A stretch of 64,000 nt of DNA from a virus: IMG/VR virus record IMGVR_UViG_3300020156_000021, positions 1 to 64,000 of that record. One strand, 5' to 3'. A model generated the notes under the pieces. It ran no database searches. It saw nothing but the letters and a program-made list of their open reading frames with translations, and had not been told where the DNA came from. Every line of letters starts with the position of its first letter. The first letter of the stretch is position 1. The position numbers and the translations under genes were made by a program. This document shows, piece by piece, positions 28,068 to 38,100 of this stretch.

Positions 28068-29423
28068 ATGAGTGAAAAGGAAAAGTTAAAACTTATTTTA
28101 ATTAATTATGCTAAAGAGTTGGGTATATCTCCAAAACAAAGAGATATTAATAGTAATAAAACAATTCCTAGTACAACTGTATTTTATAGAGTTTTTGGCA
28201 CTTTGTCATGGTCTAAAATTTTAGCTGAATGTGATTTGGATGTAAATTTGTATCATTATTATGATAAACAAGAAGCATTAAATAAATTAAAAGAGTTTTA
28301 TAATCAACTAGATAGAATACCTACAAGAGAAGATTTTAAGACTTATAATTTTAAACCACATCAAGGATGGTATGCTGAAACTTTTGGAAGTTATGAAGAA
28401 GCTTGTAAATTAGTAGAATTAAGTAAAAAACCTTCTTTAAAATCACTTAATAAAATAAATATATCTATTTGTGAGTTAAGAAAATTAGCTAACGAGTTAA
28501 ATAGATGTCCTACAGTGAAGGAATATGATAATATTATACATAAAGGTTTAAAAAGAAGGGCTTTAGAAAATAGTTTAGGTATAAAGTATAATGATATTTG
28601 CCGAAAATATGTTCTTGATTATATAGTACAAAATATTCATGGTGATATTACTAAAGAGGATATAATAAATGAAATTAAAAGAATTCATAATATAATAGGT
28701 AGACCACCAATGTTTAAAGAATTAAAAAAATATAATTGTTGTTTTAGTTATAATGCTTTTAATAGAGTTTTTAATGGATTATCTTATAATCAAATTATTG
28801 AAAGTTTAGGATGGATACCAACAGGTTCAACAACTTTAGCAAGAACTGAGGAATCTATGTTAACTGATTTTTATAACTTGTATAAACAACTACAGAGAAT
28901 TCCCACAGATGATGATTTAAATGAAAATGGTAAGACAGCGACAGCTACTACATATAAAAAATATTTTAGGTCAGTAAAAAATATTTGTCAATTATTAGAT
29001 ATTGATTATAATTTATATATTAACAATAGTGGTTTTGGTAAGGTAATGTATGACATGAATGGTGAATTATGTAGATCAACAATGGAAAGAGATATTACCA
29101 ATTATTTTATTGTTAATAATATATTTTATATAAAGGAATTTTCGTATTCAAACTTAATCGAAAATGATACTAGGAGGTTTGATTGGAAAATACTGGTTGA
29201 TGGAAAGTGCTACTTTATTGAATATTTTGGCATGTATGATATTAATAAGAATAATAAAATAATTAATAAATATGCTAATAAAACTAAAAAGAAAATAAAA
29301 TCACTTTATAAAAATGGGTATTATGATCAATGCATTTTTTTATTTCCTAATATGATTAAAAATAAGTCATTTGATGAAGTGTTTAAAAAATATTTCAGAA
29401 TAAAAGAGTGCGTAAATTTATAA
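28068..29423 (+). CDS. HEAR-repeat protein with C-terminal nuclease-like module (paralog of 21500..22693)
   Basis: At least five repeats of the type L..Y...(L/G)...P...D........PS...(F/Y).(R/K).FG. C-terminus STMERDI...RFDWKIL...YFIEYFG parallels the other HEAR gene. Confidence 0.65.
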   Translation: MSEKEKLKLILINYAKELGISPKQRDINSNKTIPSTTVFYRVFGTLSWSKILAECDLDVNLYHYYDKQEALNKLKEFYNQLDRIPTREDFKTYNFKPHQGWYAETFGSYEEACKLVELSKKPSLKSLNKINISICELRKLANELNRCPTVKEYDNIIHKGLKRRALENSLGIKYNDICRKYVLDYIVQNIHGDITKEDIINEIKRIHNIIGRPPMFKELKKYNCCFSYNAFNRVFNGLSYNQIIESLGWIPTGSTTLARTEESMLTDFYNLYKQLQRIPTDDDLNENGKTATATTYKKYFRSVKNICQLLDIDYNLYINNSGFGKVMYDMNGELCRSTMERDITNYFIVNNIFYIKEFSYSNLIENDTRRFDWKILVDGKCYFIEYFGMYDINKNNKIINKYANKTKKKIKSLYKNGYYDQCIFLFPNMIKNKSFDEVFKKYFRIKECVNL

Positions 29424-29433
29424 TACGCACTCT
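29405..29433. terminator. Hairpin spanning the overlapping stops of two convergent genes
   Basis: Perfect 10-bp stem AGAGTGCGTA aatttataa TACGCACTCT. Both stop codons (29421-29423 on + and 29418-29420 on -) lie in the loop. Confidence 0.65.
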
Positions 29434-29951
29434 CCCCTATTTTCTATCTTTAATTTATTAAATAGACTAATAAAATTTCCTAAAGGTTGCCCATTATAAT
29501 AATTTTTAAATAGGCAATCAATTTGTACATCATTTTGTTCATATGATAGTAGAATGTAACTATTATTAATTTCAGTCTTCTTTTTTAAACCAAAAGCTAA
29601 AATACCTAATGCAAAGAGTCGAGTTAAAGTGACATCTTTTTGTATCTCTGATTCAGACTTTATTTCATAACGTGTAATTTGATTAATTGAAATTTTATTA
29701 ATAATTTCATTTCTATTTTTATAGAAATATAAGTTATTATCTTTTCTTATTTCTATAAAGATTTTTTCATTGGCTTTAAAGTAGGGGTATCCACCCAAAT
29801 GTATTAGCCCAAATATTTCAATCATTCCGTCTTGAATGAATTGATTATTAATATCTTTCATCTGTTTATTTGCATTTGATCTTCCGTAAGTGGCACATAT
29901 AACAATATAGATAATTATCATTAAAATTATACCAATAAATATATATTCCAT
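29418..29951 (-). CDS. Membrane protein (N-terminal TM plus a second hydrophobic segment), unknown function
   Basis: MEYIFIGIILMIIIYIVICATY N-terminal TM and LFALGILAFGL. GGTGGTG RBS and its own TTGAAT-N17-TATAAT promoter. Confidence 0.65.
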   Translation of the reverse strand: MEYIFIGIILMIIIYIVICATYGRSNANKQMKDINNQFIQDGMIEIFGLIHLGGYPYFKANEKIFIEIRKDNNLYFYKNRNEIINKISINQITRYEIKSESEIQKDVTLTRLFALGILAFGLKKKTEINNSYILLSYEQNDVQIDCLFKNYYNGQPLGNFISLFNKLKIENRGECVL

Positions 29952-29970
29952 ATTAACACCACCTTAATAT

Positions 29971-29999
29971 ATTATAACCAAATATTTGAAATTATTCAA
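29971..29999 (-). promoter_or_regulatory. Sigma-A-type promoter for 29418..29951
   Basis: Minus strand reads TTGAAT (29999-29994), 17 nt, TATAAT (29976-29971). Confidence 0.55.
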
Positions 30000-30033
30000 G
30001 AGAAGCATTATTAGTTTTGCTTCTCTTTTTTTT
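29998..30033 (+). terminator. Plus-strand rho-independent terminator immediately upstream of the tape measure gene
   Basis: Perfect 10-bp stem AAGAGAAGCA ttattagttt TGCTTCTCTT running into an 8-T run. It lies inside the tracked N-terminal extension of the 29986 ORF. Confidence 0.65.
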
Positions 30034-30057
30034 ATATTCTTGAGAGGAGGAATATCA

Positions 30058-33000
30058 TTGGATAAAATCGGCGTTTTATTAAAAACTATTTTATCTCAGC
30101 CAACAGATGCAGAAATAAATGCATTTGTCAAAAAAGTTCAAACACAATTAGGTAAAGTTCCTTTGGGTAGCAATGGTGGATTTCTTCCTAAACAAGAAGA
30201 GATTGATATTTATATTAAAAAATTACAGAATTCGCTTCAACGGATGCAATTTAAAACACCTAAAGTCTTTGATAATGAGGGTGTTAAAAAAGAAATTGAA
30301 ATCTTAAATAAAGAGTTTGAAAAGTTAAGAAATAATGCTACTTCCATTAAACAAGTTGGATTACAATTTGATAATTTAAAAACCAAAGTTTCAGAAGTTT
30401 CAAGCCATTTAAAGAATACTACGAAAGATGGTTATAATTTTGCACAAATGCTTGAACTTGCAGGTAAGAAAATTGCAATTTGGGGTATTAGCACTCAGAT
30501 GGTTTACGGAACGTGGAGACAAATTAAGGAAGGTATTCAATATATTACAGACCTTGATAATGCCCTTAATGAAATTCGTATAGTTACAAACAAAAATCAA
30601 GAAGAAGTAAATAAATTAGCTTTAGCCTACAATAATTTATCTAAAATAATGAAAGTAAGTACAAAAGACGTTACTTCAGAAGCAGCAAATCTATTTAGGC
30701 AAGGTTTAAATGAATCACAAGTAGAAGAAAGAATGAAAGCTATAATTAAATACGCTAAGATTTCAAGTATTTCGCTTGCAGATAGTGATAAAATAATAAC
30801 TGCTACAGCAAATGCTACTGGTGAAAGCGTTCAAAAAATTATTGATATATTTGCACTGTTAGGGGACACAACTGCTTCGGGTGCGGATGAAATAGGCGAA
30901 TCACTTCAGCGAGTAGCAAGTGCAGCCGAAAATAGTGGATTAAGTCTGGAAAAAAGTGCAAGTTGGCTGGCAACAATTTCCAGTATTACCAGAGAAAGTT
31001 CGTCAACTATTGGTCGAAGTTTAAATAGTTTAATTAGCCGATATGAACAAATAAAATCTACTGGATTTAATTCTGAGGACGCAACAAAGTTAAATGATGT
31101 AGTTCAAGCACTTTCTAAGATTGGTATAACAGCAACGGATACAGCAGGTCAATTGATGCCAATAGCTGATGTAGTAGATACTTTAGGTGCTAAATGGGAT
31201 ACTCTAACAAAAAATGAGAAATCATATATAGCTACAACATTAGGTGGAACATACCAACGTAACAGATTAATTACTTTATTGGATAATTATTCTACATCAA
31301 TTACCAATTATGAAACTGCTTTAAATTCAGCCGGAGTCGCAGACCAGAAATTCGCAATCTATCAAGATAGTGTGGCAGCCAAGCTAGATGCTGTAAAGGC
31401 ATCTTGGGAGGGTTTTTGGCAATCATCACTGAATTCCAATTTAATAAAAGCTACTTTAGATTCTTTATCTGGTTTAATTAATACATTTGGTAATCTTGAA
31501 ACGGTAGTAACTTCGCTTATAACAGTATTTGCTTTGTGGAAAGGCACTGCTGTAACAAAATGGATTGGTGGTCTTAAGTTAGGGCTACAAGATTTACGAG
31601 TTACTATAATTGCTAATCGTGGTGCAGTAATCGGAATGACGGAAGCCGAAATAGCTGCTGCAACAGCTACGAAAGGTTTAACATTATCATGGAATGCTTT
31701 AAAAATAGCTTTCTTGTCAAATCCTATTGGTATGATAACTACAGTTATATTAACTGCTGTTACTGCAATTGATATATTTAACGCTAAACAAGAGGAAATC
31801 AAACAACGAGCAGCAGAAACGGCTTCTAAATTGGAACAAGAAGTATCGTCATTACAAAATTTAAAAACGCAATATGTTGATATTATTAAATCTGGTGATT
31901 TAACTACTGAATCAAAAAATAAATTAAAATCTATTCAAGACCAATTAGTAAAGACATATGGACTTGAAGCAGATGCAATTGATTTAGTAAACGGTAAATA
32001 TAAAGATCAAATAGACGTTATTAATGAAGTAATAGCTAAAAAAGCTAAGGATTATCTCACAAGTCAACAGTCTGTATATCAAGAAGCAGTTAAAGAAATG
32101 AATCAATCGTCAAAGTATAATTTTGGTGTTGGTTCAACATTTATGTCTATTGGTAGAATGACTGATAGAAGTACGATTAATGATGCTGTAAAAGATGCTA
32201 TTGGAAAAAGTTATTCTAGTGCTATTAATTCAGAATCATTAACTTTAGAACAATATAAAAATGTATTACAAAAAGTTATAGATAAACAAAGAGAGTATTA
32301 TGAGACTAAGAAAAAGGGATATATTGGTGATAGTTTACTTGCTGAATTAACCGATGAGTTTAATAGAGTAGATGGGTTAATAAAAGAGAATCAATCTATT
32401 ATAGACAAATACTTAGAACAAAAAAATATCGAAGATTTTTATAATACTTTTAAGGCTAACATTTCAAAAGTCAATGACTTAATGTCTCAATCTGCTAAGA
32501 ATCCTAATAATACAGGATTAACTAAGCAGGTAGAAGATTTATATAATAGTATGATGCAATTGGCTAATTCTAAAGGTAGATTGGCTGATTTTGAGCCATT
32601 TATCAATGATTTGTTTAATAAGACTTCTGATTCTTTAGAAGATACTTCTCAACAAACAGAAGATTTGGCTGCCTCTTTAGAAAAGCTTAACTCCACCATA
32701 TCCGATCAAACCAAAGAACTCTCTACTCTATCTTCAGCCTATTCTACCCTTCACGAAGGTGAATCACTCTCGGCAGACGATATGCTTTCATTAATTACAA
32801 ATTACAAGGATATCGCCACATACATAGCTAATACTAGTGACCTAACTCTCAAAAATGGTGATATAGTTAAGCAAGTCTTTGAAGTAAAGAAGCAAGCAAT
32901 TGTTGATGAATTAGCTCTTGAGAAAGAAAAATACTTAACACTAACAAAATTACAACAAGAGTTTTATGGTTCTAAAACAAACGGCTTAACAGATCAGTGG

Positions 33001-35145
33001 CTTCAAAAGGCTGGACTTGATAGTAATGCTATTATTAGTGAACTTGATGCAAAAATAGCAGCTATCAAAAAGGTTACAATAGAAACTTTTAGTGGTAGTA
33101 AAAAGGGTTCAACTAAAGAGCCTCAACTTTCAGATATTCTCAAAGAAGAGCAGAAATACTTAAATAATATAACCGAACAAGAAACAAAGCAGAAATCTAT
33201 TCAAGAAGATCAGTACCAATTACAACTTAAAAATCTAGATGCTCAAGAAAAGGAACAGCACAATCTCCTTGCTTATTATGAATCTAATCGTAAATTGGCA
33301 AAATCTAAAGGTCTAGAAAATGAACTTAATGAAAAGATTTTAAAAACACAATCTGATATTGTAGACCTTGAATCTCAACGTAAGAAAATAGCTTCTGAAA
33401 TGGTTAAACAAATTCAAGAGATGTATGATACTATTGCTGAAGCTCGTGTTTCTCTTGAAGATGATGTTCAACAAGCTCTTAAAGACAAATATGATCAACA
33501 AATTGATGATTATAAAGAAATGGTTGAGGAAGAAAAGAAGCTTATTGAAGATAGATATCAAACGGAGATTGATAGTAAAAAACGTCTTAAAGAATTAAAT
33601 CAACGTAATTTTGATGAATCAAAATTTATTGATGACCAAAAAGCTAGGTATGAAGAATTAGCAAAACTTCAACAAAGATATAATAAAGTTTCTCTTGATA
33701 CATCTAAAGAGGGACAGAAAGAAAAATTTGAGCTTGACCGCGAAATAGCCGATTTAACTAAGGAAATTCATGATAAAGATTTGGAACGCAATCTTGAAAT
33801 TCAAAGTGATAATTACGATGATCAGATTACTTTATTAGAGCAAAAAAAAGAAGAGGAAACTGATGCGTTAGAGAAGTCTCTTGATAAACAAAATGCTGTG
33901 TGGATTGCTAAACAGAATGAATTACTTAAACTTAGTTATCAAAAATATTGGGAAGCTAAACAAGGATTACTTAATATTAGTCAAGAAGTTACAGATATAA
34001 TGCGTGGTTCTCAAGATAGTATAATTAGCTTCTTGATGAATAATTCCATAAAGTTTAAAGAAGCTGCATATGCTCAAGGTCAAGCAATGGTTAATGGTTG
34101 GAAAGAAAAACTTGCATTGTTAGAAAGTGAACAGCATGTTGAACAGAATTTACTTATTAATTATTTAACTGTTCTTAAAGATAAATATGCTGAGATGGGG
34201 AATAAACAAGGTGTTGCTTTTGTTGATTCATTAATATCTCAAATTAGATCGGGAAAAGTTCAAATTAATAATGAATTAGTAGATTTGGTAAGTAATCTTG
34301 ATAAAATGATGCGAGTCATAGACTTAAAAATGAAATGGGCTGTTGCTAAAACACAAACAGAAAAGGATGCTTTAGCGCAACAAGCAAATATAATTCGTTC
34401 ATCTCTACCTCCTAATTTAGCGGCATTGGTTAGTGGAGATATTGATTTAAGTCAAGCGTTAGCGAATATTCAAAATAGTATTGCTAATGGATTAACAAGT
34501 GGATTTACTAATACACCACCAAATAACCAACAACAGTCTGGAACGAATACTAATACGAATACAAATAATAATTCATCAAGTTCATCTCAACCTTCCACTC
34601 CTACGGTCACAAGAGCAAGTTTACAAGCACAAATTGATTCACTTGAATCGCAAAAAGCTTCTTTATTAGCATCGTTATATGATTCAAGCGGTAGATTAAA
34701 AAGTGATGCTGAAAATGCTTCAGTATTAAGTCAAATAGGGCCAGTATCCAGGCAAATAGAAGCTTTAAGAAGTCAATTAAATTCGACTCCTTATGCAACG
34801 GGTGGCATTAATGATTTTACTGGCACTGCTTTTCTTCATGGTAAGCCTAGTGCAGTTGAGACTATATTTAATGCTGAACAGGGTAAAAAACTATATGATT
34901 TTGTACGTAATTTACCTAACAGTGCTATGAATTTAATGAACAATATTAGACCAATTATTCCTAATTATTCTATAGCTGGTGCATCTTCTGGCACATCGCA
35001 AGAATTTAAAATAAATGTAAACCTAAATGGTTTTTCTATTGCTAATGATATGGATATAACAAAAGTAACTCAACGTGTCGGCACTGAAATTAAAAAAGAA
35101 ATGCAAATTATAGGTCGTGGAAACGTAATTGTACCTAAGAGGTAG
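30058..35145 (+). CDS. Tail tape measure protein
   Basis: About 1695 aa. TP901-type core (ALNEIRIVTNKNQEEVNKLALAYNNLSKIMKVSTKDVTSEAANLFRQGL), a central hydrophobic segment and long coiled coils. TTG 30058 lies after GAGAGGAGG; the tracked start 29986 precedes a terminator. Confidence 0.9.
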   Translation: MDKIGVLLKTILSQPTDAEINAFVKKVQTQLGKVPLGSNGGFLPKQEEIDIYIKKLQNSLQRMQFKTPKVFDNEGVKKEIEILNKEFEKLRNNATSIKQVGLQFDNLKTKVSEVSSHLKNTTKDGYNFAQMLELAGKKIAIWGISTQMVYGTWRQIKEGIQYITDLDNALNEIRIVTNKNQEEVNKLALAYNNLSKIMKVSTKDVTSEAANLFRQGLNESQVEERMKAIIKYAKISSISLADSDKIITATANATGESVQKIIDIFALLGDTTASGADEIGESLQRVASAAENSGLSLEKSASWLATISSITRESSSTIGRSLNSLISRYEQIKSTGFNSEDATKLNDVVQALSKIGITATDTAGQLMPIADVVDTLGAKWDTLTKNEKSYIATTLGGTYQRNRLITLLDNYSTSITNYETALNSAGVADQKFAIYQDSVAAKLDAVKASWEGFWQSSLNSNLIKATLDSLSGLINTFGNLETVVTSLITVFALWKGTAVTKWIGGLKLGLQDLRVTIIANRGAVIGMTEAEIAAATATKGLTLSWNALKIAFLSNPIGMITTVILTAVTAIDIFNAKQEEIKQRAAETASKLEQEVSSLQNLKTQYVDIIKSGDLTTESKNKLKSIQDQLVKTYGLEADAIDLVNGKYKDQIDVINEVIAKKAKDYLTSQQSVYQEAVKEMNQSSKYNFGVGSTFMSIGRMTDRSTINDAVKDAIGKSYSSAINSESLTLEQYKNVLQKVIDKQREYYETKKKGYIGDSLLAELTDEFNRVDGLIKENQSIIDKYLEQKNIEDFYNTFKANISKVNDLMSQSAKNPNNTGLTKQVEDLYNSMMQLANSKGRLADFEPFINDLFNKTSDSLEDTSQQTEDLAASLEKLNSTISDQTKELSTLSSAYSTLHEGESLSADDMLSLITNYKDIATYIANTSDLTLKNGDIVKQVFEVKKQAIVDELALEKEKYLTLTKLQQEFYGSKTNGLTDQWLQKAGLDSNAIISELDAKIAAIKKVTIETFSGSKKGSTKEPQLSDILKEEQKYLNNITEQETKQKSIQEDQYQLQLKNLDAQEKEQHNLLAYYESNRKLAKSKGLENELNEKILKTQSDIVDLESQRKKIASEMVKQIQEMYDTIAEARVSLEDDVQQALKDKYDQQIDDYKEMVEEEKKLIEDRYQTEIDSKKRLKELNQRNFDESKFIDDQKARYEELAKLQQRYNKVSLDTSKEGQKEKFELDREIADLTKEIHDKDLERNLEIQSDNYDDQITLLEQKKEEETDALEKSLDKQNAVWIAKQNELLKLSYQKYWEAKQGLLNISQEVTDIMRGSQDSIISFLMNNSIKFKEAAYAQGQAMVNGWKEKLALLESEQHVEQNLLINYLTVLKDKYAEMGNKQGVAFVDSLISQIRSGKVQINNELVDLVSNLDKMMRVIDLKMKWAVAKTQTEKDALAQQANIIRSSLPPNLAALVSGDIDLSQALANIQNSIANGLTSGFTNTPPNNQQQSGTNTNTNTNNNSSSSSQPSTPTVTRASLQAQIDSLESQKASLLASLYDSSGRLKSDAENASVLSQIGPVSRQIEALRSQLNSTPYATGGINDFTGTAFLHGKPSAVETIFNAEQGKKLYDFVRNLPNSAMNLMNNIRPIIPNYSIAGASSGTSQEFKINVNLNGFSIANDMDITKVTQRVGTEIKKEMQIIGRGNVIVPKR

Positions 35146-35176
35146 TTCAATAGGGCTACCTCTCCCCTATTTTTTT
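35138..35176 (+). terminator. Terminator-like structure between the tape measure and Tal-like genes
   Basis: AGAGGTAG ... CTACCTCT stem followed by CCCCTATTTTTTT. An alternative ATAGGG (35150-35155) / CCCTAT (35165-35170) pairing interleaves with it. Confidence 0.55.
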
Positions 35177-35192
35177 GAGAGGTGAGAATAAA

Positions 35193-38100
35193 TTGAAAAT
35201 TGAACTATATGATACCAATTTTAATAAATTAGTAATATTGAAATCTAAAAAAATGTCTAATATAGATGGTGAAATATATAATATAATTTTAACTGAAGAT
35301 AGCAAAGGCATACCAGAATTGACTTTTATTCTTCCATTATATATAACTGTAAATGGTGAAGAAATAGAAAATCATAGATGGACATATGTTAAAAATGAAA
35401 GATATGTATTTTATATAGATGATGAAAACAAACAATTTTGGTTTAGAATAAAAAGTACAGAAGATATACATGATATCAACGGTACACTTTTTTCTAATAT
35501 TCAGTGTAAACATACTGCCTTTGATTTAACTAAACGCGGATATGATAAATCTGTTGATATGGTTGATAATGCAACCAATATTTTAACTCAAATATTATCA
35601 GGTTCGGGATGGACTGTTGGTACTGTTGATGCTGTATATGATACTAAAACTCGTAGTTTTAAGAATGAAGATCAGACTAATACAATTGATATGTTGCAAA
35701 AGGTTTCTGAATTGTTTTCTGATACTAATGGTAATAGTGCATATCTTAGGTTTAATATGAGTTTAACTAATGGGATATTAACAAAAACAGTAGATATGGT
35801 TGAGTGTATAGGAAATGCTTCAGGTCAAGTACAATTCAGATATAAAAAGAATTTGAAAAATATTAAACGTTCTTGCATATCGGACGATCTCCTAACTCGG
35901 ATGTACTGCTATGGAGGTAGTACAGAAACTACTGGAACTATAGATATAAATGATGTCAATCCTATAAAAGAACCATTTATACAAAACTTTCAATATTTTA
36001 TTGATAGTGGTGAACTAGATGCTTCAAAACAAGCAAAAATTACTCAATATAACAATGATATTACTATAGTTAATACTAATATAAATAATACGTTAACCAA
36101 TTTAAATTCATTTAAAGCTAGCGTTTTATCAGTGCAATCAGAATTAGATACTAAACAACTATTAATCCAAGGCTATAATCAACAAATAACAGGACTAACT
36201 AATCAAAGAAATTATTATCAAGCAACAGATGCAGAATATACAACATTAACTAATCAAATAAATAAACTTACTAATCTAGTTTCGTATCTTACAAATGGTT
36301 ATAGCTATAATGCTGCTGGAACAGTTAGTATCACTACTAATTCTAATGAAATAGTTGGTACTGGTACTTCATTTTCAATTGGTAATCCAGGTATTAGTAA
36401 TTATGATAAAGTAACAATTTCTGGTCAAACAAGAATAGCGAGATTTATTCTAGGTGATACTCAATTACAAACTAGTGAAGTATTTACTACTACTGCATCT
36501 GGACAAACAATGGGAGTAGAAATTGTAGGAATAACAAGCTTACAAAGCACACTAGAAACTAATTATACAAATATTTATTCTTATTTAAATTCATTATATG
36601 GGAATGTGTCTTCAAATGCTACAGGAACAGTTTCTATTACAAGTGGTTCAAATATAGTTACTGGTGTTGGTACGCAGTTTATAACAGCAGGATATAAACA
36701 ATATGACAAGATAACTATTAATGATGCAATAAAGTATATCGTTTCAGTTGACAGTGAAACCAGAATAAAAGTATCAAGTAATTATTCATCTTCTCTGTCT
36801 GGACAGACAGCAACTATTAATAAAATAAATGACAATCCTAATACATGTCCTGGTGGATATTATAAAAACAAAAGGGATATAGAAAATCAATTTAAAATAG
36901 ATTTAGATGGCTATATTTTTGAAGGACGTTATCAAGATACAGCATATATAAATTCTCAGGATTTGTATGATGACTCTGTTGCTTTGCTTAGAAAAAATGC
37001 ATACCCTCAAATAACTTTTGAAATGTCTGTTCTTGATTTATCATCTCTTACAGGATATGAATTAGAAAAAATACATCTTGGAGACAGAATATATGCCTAT
37101 GATGAATTATTAGGCGTAAATTTACCATTAAAAATAACTAAAACTGTAAAAAATCTTGAAGATGATAGAAAAACTCAAATAGAAATTAGCAACTATACGA
37201 CAGTATTTCAGGATTTATTTAGGCAATTAATTAAAAGTAGTGATACTATAAAGATAAATGAACAAAACCTAAGAAGGTCTGGAATAGCTATTAACCCTGA
37301 TGGTACTGTAAATAATTTTTCATTGCAAAATACTTTAAATAATAATCCTATAACTGTATTTAATGGAATAAACAATGGAGTTACTTTAGAGGAAAATGGT
37401 ATTGTTATGAGAAGTAGTCAAAACCCAAATAATCTAACTAGGATTGATGGTGGAGATATACTTTTCTCTAATGATAATGGTTCTACATGGAATACTCTTT
37501 ATAGTTCTAATGGAACGTTTGGATTTAATTTAGAAAATCTTTTAGGTGGAAATTTGGATGTTTCTAATATCAATATTATCAGTGGAGAAACTAAGTTCTT
37601 TTGGAATAAAATTGGTTTATATGCTCAAGCTTCTGAATCTCCAAATTTAAATTTTGTTCTTTTTAATAAAGATGGATTAGTTGGATATAAAAATGGAATT
37701 CAAACCTTTCAATTGAGTAGTGATGGCAGTTTGACACTAACTGGTACAGTTAGTTTACCTAATGCCGGGATGACTGATGTTGGAAATTTGTCAACTAGTA
37801 CAAGGTTTTGGGCTGGTGATTCATATGCTAATCGTGATATTGCTCCGTTTAGAGTTGATCAAAATGGTAATTTGTATGCCAAAACAGGTAATTTTCAGGG
37901 AACTGTTGGTACTACGGCAGATAGATACATATATGTTAGAAATAAGCACTCATATTACAAGACAACATTTGGCACTGCGAATAGTAATTTAGTATGGATC
38001 GCTAAAGCAGAAGGGGTTTATGGTAATTATACTCAAATTGAATATATATCTACTGGTTCATTATCAGTTTCAAGGAGTGGTTCTGGTACTTCTGGTGATC

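Noticed and set aside
29986-30057. N-terminal extension of the tape measure ORF (MKLFKRSIISFASLFFIFLRGGIS)
   Set aside because: This stretch encodes a perfect 10-bp terminator hairpin plus a T-run, and the minus-strand promoter of the neighbouring gene. A TTG start at 30058 with a GAGAGGAGG RBS is far more plausible.
35138-35176. H-type pseudoknot or programmed recoding signal between the tape measure and Tal-like genes
   Set aside because: The two interleaved helices (35138-35145/35156-35163 and 35150-35155/35165-35170) are short. They lie after the stop codon, with no slippery heptamer upstream. A simple terminator is the more economical reading.
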